DNA of 64,000 nucleotides from the NCBI RefSeq assembly GCF_009914755.1, contig NC_060925.1. The stretch is one strand, 5' to 3'. A program made the position numbers and the translations under genes. Below the pieces are notes generated by a model. The model ran no database searches. It saw only the letters and a list, made by a program, of their open reading frames with translations, and was not told where the DNA came from. Shown here piece by piece: positions 45,511 to 64,000 of the stretch (positions are counted from its first letter, which is position 1; every line of letters starts with the position of its first letter). This stretch comes from the human T2T-CHM13v2.0 reference genome, Homo sapiens.

Positions 45511-45919
45511 GCTGTTTTATGCATTTCTAAAGGAAGCAGAGAAGTAAGAGCTTGGTATTTTTCAAATGGAACTCAAAGGTCTTTGCAGCCTGGGCTCGGC
45601 ACTGGGCTGAGAGCCGTCAGAGGAGCTGCTGCAGGGGTGGCTGCCATTCCTCAACCCGATTCTATCGTTATTATTTACATTCTATGTCTTCTCTTTCAAG
45701 ATTATTTTTTTGACATTTGCCTTCTGGCAGAGCTGGGACCAATGAGTGGGAGGTGGATTTTGGCGGAACACAGGAGGAATTCTCTTAGTCAGAGCCATCC
45801 AAAAATGGAAAGACCTGACTCAGAAGACAGCGTGTCCCCTGCCTGCATAAGGTCCTGGTGAGGTCCTGTCAAGGGTGCTCTGCCCTGTGCTTTGACAGGT
45901 GTGTGCGGAGATGAAAGGT

Positions 45920-46130
45920 AAATAGCCATTCTTGAGCGTGTCCTCTGTGCCAGACACTGTTTTAGGTACTTTTACGTGAACTAACACATTTAACCTACAA
46001 ACAACCCTATGAGACAGGAACTATTATTGCCTATTATTACCCTCGTCTTACAGATGAGGAAACTGAGGCACAAAGAAGTTTAGTAACCCGCCCAGGTCAC
46101 AGGGCTGGTATTCTAGGGAGGCAGGACTCA
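45920..46130 (-). mobile_element. MIR
   Basis: TTACAGATGAGGAAACTGAGGCACA core. Confidence 0.85.
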
Positions 46131-47039
46131 GCCCCAGGTGGCCTAGTGGCCTTGCTCCTACCTTGACCACCAGTGAAGTTGATCCTCTCATCAGCTGACC
46201 GGGCACAGTGACCAGCTGTTCTGTGCTAAAAGGAGTTTAGAAGGCAGCTGACTCAGCCCAAAATGTGGGGTTAGAAGTCAAGAAGGCTTTTAGACAGGGA
46301 ACATCAGTCAACGAGTAACAGAGGCTAGGCTTGAACTCTCTGAAAGGAAGCCTGGGGGTGCCTGGCACACATCCCGTCCCGCCGCAGGCGCAGGTGGAAC
46401 CAGGGAGTTTGGGGCCCGCCACTCCTGGGCTCAGCATGCAGTTAGCTCCGCACCCCCTTGCACCCCAGGTCTACGAGTTGGCTTTTTGCTTAGTTCATTC
46501 AAGTGAGTCTCCGACTTCTCCTCCAGTTTCAGGAATCTGTCCCAGATTTCTCCCTGGGCTGAGTTCTTGCCTTGGTCACCTGCCCAGGACTGCAGTTTCT
46601 CTGATACCACCTCAGGGGAGGGGCAGGACCTAGACCCTCAGAATCTGGCCTTGAAGCCTGGATACATCTGGGGAGCTGCTCACGCTTCTCAGCTGCATTT
46701 GCCTTGGTTGAGGATGGGAAGAAGATGCCTCCTTCCAAAGATTGCCGTGAAGATGGCGATGCGATAATGTGAAATCGCTGTGCGCGCGGCTGGACTCTAT
46801 CAATCATGGTTGTCTTCCCACCTTTGCCACAGACTGAAGGTCCCTTCCTGAGCTCAGCCTGTTGGCATTCAGTCCCTGGGGCTGAACCTGGGCGAGCCAG
46901 GTGCCTCCTGCAAAAAGAGACAGTTCAACAAAGTGCAAGGAGGAAAGCTCTTCTGTACCACCATGCCCTGTGGAGGGTACCGTGTGCAAGGACTATCAGA
47001 GAGGTTCAGGACTGCCCTTCGGTTGAGCTCAGTGACTCT

Positions 47040-49432
<2,393 letters not shown>

Positions 49433-49475
49433 GCCAATCAATTCTTTTTTTAAAAAATATAGATTTATTTAGAAC

Positions 49476-49638
49476 CAGGGGAGAGAGTGAATTGCAGTCC
49501 CTAACTACCACAAATGATGCAGTTGCGTTTCCCACATTTGGAGAAATGGCCGGGGTCAGCATATCCAGAGTGCAGGGCATGAGCCTCGCCCTGGGAAACC
49601 ACCTTCGTGATCCTGGTACCTCCCCTGCGGATAAGCGT
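49476..49638 (-). pseudogene. U1 snRNA pseudogene, full length (probably RNU1-7P)
   Basis: The reverse complement reads ACGCTTATCCGCAGGGGAGGTACCAGGATCACGAAGGTGGTTTCCCAGGGCGAGGCTC...CCAAATGTGGGAAACGCAACTGCATCATTTGTGGTAGTTAGGGACTGC...TCCCCTG, colinear with U1. An A-rich tail follows, with no recognisable PSE or 3' box. Confidence 0.95.
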
Positions 49639-50202
49639 TATTGACTAATGAGGTAATAATACTGTTTCTTAGAAAAGTGAAGTAAGGCTAGGCCCGGTAG
49701 CTTATGCCTGAAATGCCAGCACTTTGGAAGGCTGAGGTGGGAGGATCCCTTGAGCTCAGGAGTTTGATATCAGCCTGGGCAACAGAAGGAGACTCTGTCT
49801 CTACCAAATGAAAAAAAACAAAAAAACAGAAAGTAAGTTTAGGAAATTTTGATTATGGGTGGAAATTGTCATAAACTTGGGATGAGAGGAAGGTCTTGGA
49901 CATTATAAGTGGGTCGTATTCCCCAGGCTCGGTGAGTTGGTTTTGAGGGGCCAAAGACCACATTTTCAGTTCAGAAAAGGATTTGCCTGGAGGCCATAGG
50001 ATTGCAGTGTCATCTGACGAGCTCCATGCTGGGGACTTTTACAATGACCGGGGACACAGAGCAGCGTTTCTTTTCTGGTTGTCTTTAGACTTAACATAAT
50101 GATCCAGAAGCAGAGACTTCTGCTGCCAATCTGTAACTTTCTTTTCTAAACATATTTCCGTGGTCTCTGGGAGAATGTTAACATAAGAGCCAGTGTGCGT
50201 GA

Positions 50203-51657
<1,455 letters not shown>

Positions 51658-51707
51658 TAGAGCCAGAAAACATCTTGAAAATCATGTTATCTCTTTGCTT
51701 TTTGCAG

Positions 51708-51914
51708 ATGAGGATGTCAAGACTTGGAGTAGGTGACAGTTGGCCTTGGGCTTCGGTGGCCAACCCATGACTACAAAAGCCCGAGAAGCCAGCAGCTTCC
51801 CCGGCTCCTCCACCAAGTGGCCTCTGGGTGATGGGGAAGCTTGTCCTCTGCTTTGTCACACACAAAACTCTAAAAGTCAGCATCCCAACGCATCGGCCTG
51901 GAGAGCCCGTCCAG
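51708..51914 (+). other. Candidate internal exon (207 nt) of the lncRNA
   Basis: Acceptor TCTCTTTGCTTTTTGCAG|AT and donor CAG|GTGAGA. Confidence 0.6.
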
Positions 51915-52297
51915 GTGAGAGACACACACTGGAGGATGTGTTGGGGCCAGAGGCAGAGCCAGCGATGTCACTGCCAGGTCCCGTGCAACACGACAACACG
52001 GGACTCCTGGTTCCAAAAGCAGGAGAAAAGCTTTTTCCTTTCCTCCCTTCACCTGTCACAGTGGTTTTTATTTGTGATTGAATGGTGTGCTCCCTGGGAC
52101 GGGGGGTTCTCAAAGACATCTCTGGGAGTCTCACAGACTCAGGTGCCCAGGGGCAGGGTGCTTGAGTCCCAACCCTGAAACCCTAACTGTCCTTGATCCC
52201 CACAGTCCGTGCCCTCCTGCCAGCAGATCCTTTGTCCCACTGGATTTCATTTACAAACCACAAAGTCAGAAAGAAAAGTATTAAGAAATCCAAGAGG

Positions 52298-54707
<2,410 letters not shown>

Positions 54708-57007
54708 GGAAGGGAGGAGTGATATTAAAAGAGCCCGTTCTAAGGACAAAGGCCCCCACTTGCGCAAAGCTAATTATCAGAACCATGGCTAGAAAACTCG
54801 CAGAGTTTGGGCAGGCCACCTCCACCCTCATTTCCTCCCCTAAGTACCCCTCTACAGACATCTGCTACCTAAGAACACACGAACACAATGTGGACCTACG
54901 GCCCTGTTATTCCAGCTTGGAAAAAAAAAAATCACACCAGGTTGACTCGGTTGGGCTCTGCACCCCAAATGCCATAGCGGCCTCCGGGGGAGGCGGGGAG
55001 CGCTGTGTTGGCCCCTCACGCTCGCTGGACTTTCTGCCAGCCTGCCCTCTTTAGCGCTGGTCGGGCTCTGTGGTGGATATGTCGAAAGTTAGGGGAACAT
55101 TGAGTCATCTCCTCCCTTTCAGCTGCGGCATATTTCTGGGAATGCGAAGCACATTTGAGCGACGTGACATTCCTTACCTCGCGGCAGCAAGGCAACTGCC
55201 CACTTCCTTTCGAGTCATGTTGCATCATCTTTCAGAACAGGACTAAACAAATAGTCTCGATACATGGCTTTAGGAAAGAAAAGCAAGTGTGCACGTTTGA
55301 ACCCCACCCTCTCCGTGTGCTAGGGCACGATTCTCCTGCCCCCGAGGGAGAGAGGGCACACACCGTTGTGGTTAGTCTCCTGCCTTTCCACAGATAAGAA
55401 CCACGTATATGTGTTCTATGCGCATCTCATAATCACAAAAAAGAGGCATGTGACATTCAATATAGGTGTGTTTCCTAACACATGTGTCAGAGGCGTCTAT
55501 GGCTACGTCAGTTCTAGTGATGGGCATTGCAGTTTTTAAAATTCCTTGTCCTTGTCATCTTGGAATAAGTCACAGGAAAGGTAAATGATCTGTGTAAACC
55601 CTTTGGCCTGTGGATCAACTTTTATACATCTAAACCTGGGAAAAAATGTTATTTATTAGCAAGAGAGTGAACAAACATTTCAAGCTTGCAGAGGGAAGCT
55701 GGGGGTGCAGAGAGGATGCAAAAGTGAACAGAACGGGCATCTGTTCTCAAGAGGCTGCAGGGTCATGGTGGAGACAGAGCCCTGTGGAGCAGGATGCGTG
55801 GGCAGTGGACAGTGCACCAAGTGTTTGCTCAGGGGAGCGGGACCCAGAGGGGACCTGGAAATACAAGCTCCAGGAGGGATGTCTGAGCCCGGCGGGGGCT
55901 GCTGGGATAATAAGAAACAGTCTCCGTGCAGGTGGTGGGCACTCACAAAGAGGGATGGGAAAGTGCTGAGCACAGCTCCATCTCAGGCTGGAAACGGACT
56001 CTGCATCCAGAGCCACGGGGCCTGTGGAAGCCATGCTGGGGCTGGGACACCTCTAGGTGTTCAATGGTAGGGGGACTGTAGCCATCTAAGTCTTGAGCAG
56101 AGAGTGACCTGCTGCAGATATGCCTTGGGAAAGTCATCCTGGTGACACACTGAAATTTGTCCTGGGAAAGATTGAAGGTGGGGACATGTTAGGAGGCCAT
56201 GTCAGTGCTGCAAACAGGGCTGCAATGACAGCCAGGGCTAGAGCAAGCGAGATGGGGATCACACAGCAGTGGTGCAATCGCAGTTGTGTGTGTGGAGCAC
56301 TGACCCTCTGATTGCACGGTGCTGCACACTTACGCGAGCCGTCTCATTTCGCCATCAGAACCGCAGCCCTACGTGGCAGGTCAGCTATCACTCCATCTTA
56401 CAGATGAAGAAACTGAGGCTCAGGGAACAGAGATAGCTGTTCACTGTCACACACTGTGTAAGCAACAGGGCCAGGACAAAAAGGGAGGTCTGTCTGATTC
56501 CATTCTCTCCCTTTAGAGTGAAATAACAGAATTGCTTGAAACCCAGTTAACTGTGGAGGGAGAGGGAGGTATTCTGGTGGCTTCTGTCGGGAGGCCTCAG
56601 AGAACAGATGACGTGACTAAGATGGGGGCAGGCAGGTGGGGGAGGAGGAACTTGTAGCTAGGCTGAGTGGGACCAGGTGAAAATCTGACACCAACAAAAC
56701 ACCACTGGTGGTACTGATGGTCTAGGATTGGAGCTATAGACCCGAGGTTCCTATAAAAGACTGAGGCTAGGAGTGTCCCTTTGCTACAAAAGGAAGATGT
56801 TTGTACGTATTGCTGGAGTAAGAAAGCAAGGTGCAAACAACGTCATAGAAGAGTGCCCTGAGAGTTCGTCACATTCCAGGCACTGGCTAAATGCCATGCA
56901 TCTTGTGACAGCCTTTGACGCGGTGCTACCGTCATCTTCAGTTTATAGATGAGAAAACGGACACTCAGAAACATTAAGTAACTTGTCCAAGGCCATGGGG
57001 TTAGTAA

Positions 57008-57526
<519 letters not shown>

Positions 57527-57775
57527 TAGGAAAGCAAAAAGGTGGAAGTGTAAACCGGTAGACACGGTAGACATTTTGGAAGACAATTTGCCAACATCCA
57601 TCAAAAGTTGAAAAATTGGCCTATTCCTTGACATAGAAATTCTTTGACACAGAAATTTGTCCTAGGTGTTGAACAGGACACTGAAGGACAAGGAGGAACT
57701 TATCCATGGAGGGGGTAGGGTGAGTGCATGCAAATTCCAGAAAAAGGGAACTGCATTGTCTGCAAAAGCCTGATG

Positions 57776-57990
57776 GCAGGGCAGTCCATGACTGATTCCA
57801 GCCCAGTTTCTCTGCAGACTCTCCCGCTTGTCAATTATACAGACAACTGGGGCACCCTCACCCCTACCCCAACACCACCACTCAGACCTCCGGAATCAGA
57901 GTCCACAGAGGTGGGGTCAAGGAATCTGAATTTTTATTTTATCTATCCAGTGCCTTGGGTTATTCCCATGACCAGTAAGTTTGGGAAACA
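57776..57990 (+). repeat. Copy 1 of a local ~200-bp direct duplication, including a MER5-like DNA transposon fragment
   Basis: Colinear with 59851-60041; 35 identical bases at 57855-57889. Confidence 0.9.
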
Positions 57991-58119
57991 CTGGCTGCTG
58001 CAGGAGGCATCGGGAACTGCTCTGGGAAAGCTGGGTGGAGCTGAAAGGAAATGGTCTTGGATCCCATGTGGAATTTAAATTTAATACCCAAGGCTGTTGC
58101 TTCTTTTCTTTCTTTCTAG

Positions 58120-58250
58120 GGGAGATGTCACAAATTCTGCACCAGAATCTCACAAATCACAAAGAACTTACTCATGTAACGAAACACCACCTGTTTCCCA
58201 GTAACTATGGAAATAAAAAAAAATTAATAATAAAAAATTTAAAAAATAAA
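58120..58250 (+). mobile_element. L1PB-like extreme 3' end with poly(A) signals; candidate terminal exon
   Basis: CACAAATCAC-AAAGAACTTACTCATGTAAC-AAACACCACCTGTT-CCC...CTATGGAAATAAAAA, preceded by acceptor TTCTTTTCTTTCTTTCTAG|G. Confidence 0.8.
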
Positions 58251-58917
58251 ATTTTGATGAAGGGATAACCCTTTTCCCGGAAAGACTCCCCCTCCCCTGA
58301 CACTTGAACACATTTTCAGAGACCCAAGAATCAGCTCTCTGGAACCCAGTGGAAGGACCTCAGGACAGTGATTTAAACTGAGAGGGGCCTGATCATATCA
58401 GAAAGCCAACTAATCCCATGACAGTGCAGAGACCAGGCAGGTGGGGGACCGGCTAACGGTGCCTGAGAACCAAGTGAGGTTGGGAACTGAAGCAGGGGCC
58501 TTTGGGGCAATGGAGGGGGTGGGTGAGGTCAGGAAGGAGGAGAGCGCACATGGGACTCATGTGGGGGTGCAGGATTGAAAGGTGAGGGAGGCTTCCTCTT
58601 GGAGAGCCCCTGGGCAGGGCCAGGGGTGTTGGGGGTACAGGGACAATGTACCTGGACCATTTCCAGTTTACAACGAGTAGAACTGTGAGGAATTCAAGCA
58701 GACCTTCCTGGAAAGCCATGGAAATTCAGGTAGAAAGGGAAAGGGGCCGAGGCTGAAGATCTGATACTGCGTGAGCGTGGATGACGGCTGATTTTTTCTG
58801 GGGATCCCCGGCCTGCTCCAGGGAGGGGCTGTAAAACAACACAGAAAACAAGACCTGGAAGAATCCACCTCGCAGGGGCAGGCAGAGAGGAGCCCATGGA
58901 AGGGGAGAATCGGGGGA

Positions 58918-58982
58918 GATAGAGCAACAGAGACAGAGAGACAGAGACACAGACCGAGACAGGGGGACAGAGACCCAGAGAC
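58918..58982 (+). repeat. Degenerate (AGAGAC)n repeat
   Basis: Read directly from the sequence. Confidence 0.8.
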
Positions 58983-59415
58983 CAAGGGGCAGAAAGGCCA
59001 TTGGGTTGGGCAGCTCAGAAGTCACTGGGGGTCCTTAAAAGTCTTTTTCTTTTGCTAACTGTGCCATGAATGTCCTTGTCCTCAGTAAAGACATGACCAA
59101 GTATTTAGAGATAGGAGACATGACCTCTGCAATTTACTTGCATAAATGGTTTAGAAAAAAATCCTTATCTATTTGGAGACAGTGATAAAGCCAGTGTGGC
59201 AAAATGCACCCCCGTGGAGAAACTAGGCCCAGGGTTTGTAGGAGTTCTTGGTCATATTCTTGCAATGTCTTTAAGTAAGTTTGAAATTATATAAACACAA
59301 AAATTCCTTTGCTTTAAAAAGAATACTTGGAGGATTTTGATGATGGTGGGTTAGCCAGCTTGGACAAAGCTTAGAGAGCAGTTTGACAGTGAAGGGAAGG
59401 AAAAGGAGGCAGTGA

Positions 59416-59850
<435 letters not shown>

Positions 59851-59853
<3 letters not shown>

Positions 59854-60041
59854 AGGACAGTCAGTGACTGATTCTAGCCCAGTTTCTCCATTAGATTCTT
59901 CTGCTTGTCAGTTGTACAGATTCCTGGGGCGCCCTCACCCCTACCCCAACACCACCACTCAGACCTTCGGAATCAGAGTCCGCAGGAATCTGAATTTTTA
60001 TCCAGTGCCTTGGGTCATTCCTGTGACTCGTATGGGGAACA
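59851..60041 (+). repeat. Copy 2 of the local direct duplication
   Basis: 35 identical bases at 59932-59966; two small deletions relative to copy 1. Confidence 0.9.
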
Positions 60042-60099
60042 GGGAGGAGGAGAAGGTGCTCGTGCTCAGGCACACTTCAGGGCTGAAACAACTTTCCCA

Positions 60100-60800
60100 G
60101 AGATGAGGGCGAGGGGAGGGGACCGGAGAGCAGAGGGAGGCGAGGGAGCAGAAGGAGGAGCCCCCAGGTGGGAGGACGGGGGTCTGCCCAGCTCGGCCGG
60201 GGAGTGCAGTAGGGGGGCGTCCTCCCGACTAAGGGCAAAGGAGGTGACGGCGGGGACGCCCGCCCCGTGACGAGGAGGGCTCGGCCGAGCCGTCCCGGGC
60301 GACAGGAAGCGGCCGCCCTTTGAAGGCCCAGCGGCGGCGCTGGGTCAGCCAGGCCAGCTTGTGGGGGAGCGGCCGCCCGCGCACGGCTGGGGCCGGGGCC
60401 AGGGCCGGAGGGCGCCGCAGGAAGGGGCCGGGGCCGGGGCGGCTTCTCTCCCCGCAGCCGGCGCCTCCACGCGGCGGTCAAGCTCGCGCGTGGGCTTTAG
60501 CAGTTTCGGGCGTGCACGTGCGCGGAGGCTCCTGCCTCTGCGGAGCTCGCGCCCTCAAGAGACTTCCAGGAGGGTTTGGAGCCCGGGTTTCTCTTTCCCC
60601 CAGCCCCGGAACCCGAGTCTGCTCCAAGTGCGCATCTGCGCGGCGGCCGACGGGGACGCAGCCCGGTGTCCCCGGCAGGACCCCGGAGCAACGTCTCCTG
60701 GAGCCTGTGCAGAAGCTGGGCTTGGCGAGGGAGGGGGTGCTTCCGGGGACACCCGCGCAGGGAAAAGGAGGATGCTAGTGACCCATCCTTTCTCGCCGTG
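60100..60800. promoter_or_regulatory. CpG island with no coding gene attached in the window
   Basis: Very GC- and CpG-rich, non-repeat. NotI sites at 60309 and 60369, GC box 60436, ETS CAGGAAG 60303, TCF CCTTTGAAG 60317, E-box CACGTG 60515. Confidence 0.9.
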
Positions 60801-60871
60801 CGCTTTAATTTCAACAAACCCTCCATTCCCCTTGTGTTCCCTTCTCCAGCTGCAAAATTAAAAGTATCCAG

Positions 60872-61226
<355 letters not shown>

Positions 61227-62079
61227 GTTATTTACTTTTTTACTTATTTATTTTTGAGACAGAGTCTCACTCTGTCGCCCAGGCTGGAGCACAGGAGTTG
61301 ATAAATACCAGGCGCCCAACAAGCTCCGCTCCCGACTTCATGCAGGCCTTCCTGGGCCCCACAGGTAGCCTGGGGAGGACCGTGGCTGGTGGATGCTTTT
61401 CCATGATGGAGAGGCTTTTGCTTAGGAAATAGGTTTATCCTCAGAGTATGACTCGGACACCAGTTGCCTTGTCTTTGGAGGGAGAGGGAAGACCCACTCG
61501 GCTTGCCTCTGGGACTGGACCGGAGGCTGAGAGCCCAATCTTTGGGGTGGAGCCACATTTGGGGCTGCCACGACCTGGGGATGTAAAGGGAGTTAGACCA
61601 CAAGGATTTGCATGCTTCACATGAAATGTGGCCCAGCCCCCGTCGGGGGAGCCCACCCAACTTCCATAAAGGAGGAAGGTACAGATCACTCCTGCAGCCT
61701 CCCTGTCCCCTGAGCCCCTGTCTAGCCATGTTCCTACAGTCATTTTCAAGAAAGACACCTGGATTTATGGAAAACAGAACTTTGGAATCCTCGAGCACGG
61801 TCATCTGCTCCTAGGTGGTCATTTCCATCTGTGGTCAGAGCTACCACATGAGACTTTTGAGGAAAATGATGACTTGGTTATTGCGTCACTCTGAAGGTCA
61901 GACACCCACATCCTCTTAAATTTGTGCTTCTCTTCGGAGCTCCATAGGGTGACATGAAACCCTGTTTGGCAGAGACAGCATGTGCCATAGAGGAGTTTCA
62001 TAACATGCCCTGAGGGACCTGCTTCCTCTCCTTCCACCCTGACATCTGATGGAATATGCTCTCAGCTGAGGGAAAGCCC

Positions 62080-63909
<1,830 letters not shown>

Positions 63910-64000
63910 GCTGTAGCAGAAAATACTGACCACCTAAATTGGCCTGCCCTGGGGGCCAGGAGAGCTCCTGTCAAGATCACCCTCAGCCTAGACGCCACCG

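Noticed and set aside
49476-49638. Functional U1 snRNA gene
   Set aside because: Mutated 5' arm and U1A loop, an A-rich tail instead of a 3' box, and an Alu monomer ~50 bp upstream where the PSE should be.
60389-60442. C9orf72-like GGGGCC repeat
   Set aside because: Only two to three units per run, which is normal for a CpG island.

Overview
Primate (almost certainly human) non-coding genomic DNA with no supportable intact protein-coding gene. About a third of the window is Alu (roughly 85 full or partial copies by eye). These lie over older L1, L2, MIR, MaLR/ERVL LTR (MLT1, MLT2, MSTA, THE1, MER21-like) and DNA-transposon fragments, often nested with readable target-site duplications (TSDs). 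The non-repeat landmarks are four. (1) An old, disrupted EIF2S3 (eIF2-gamma) processed pseudogene at ~32.84-36.49 kb, with 3' UTR, AATAAA and poly(A). (2) A full-length U1 snRNA pseudogene on the minus strand at ~49.48-49.64 kb. (3) A plausible spliced lncRNA on the plus strand, with a promoter-like element at ~45.3-45.5 kb, an internal exon at 51708-51914 and an L1-derived last exon at ~58.12-58.25 kb. (4) An orphan CpG island at ~60.1-60.8 kb, preceded by a ~200-bp local duplication. From memory, this order and spacing matches human 1p36.23 between ERRFI1 and SLC45A1 (RNU1-7P, LINC01714); this is unverified and needs an alignment. I found no convincing new biological system. The best leads are regulatory or evolutionary: a TE-assembled lncRNA, a possible circRNA exon, enhancer motif clusters, an ancient out-of-X retrocopy and a long polypurine tract. 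Repeat subfamily names come from recalled consensus sequences, and boundaries are approximate unless a TSD is cited.
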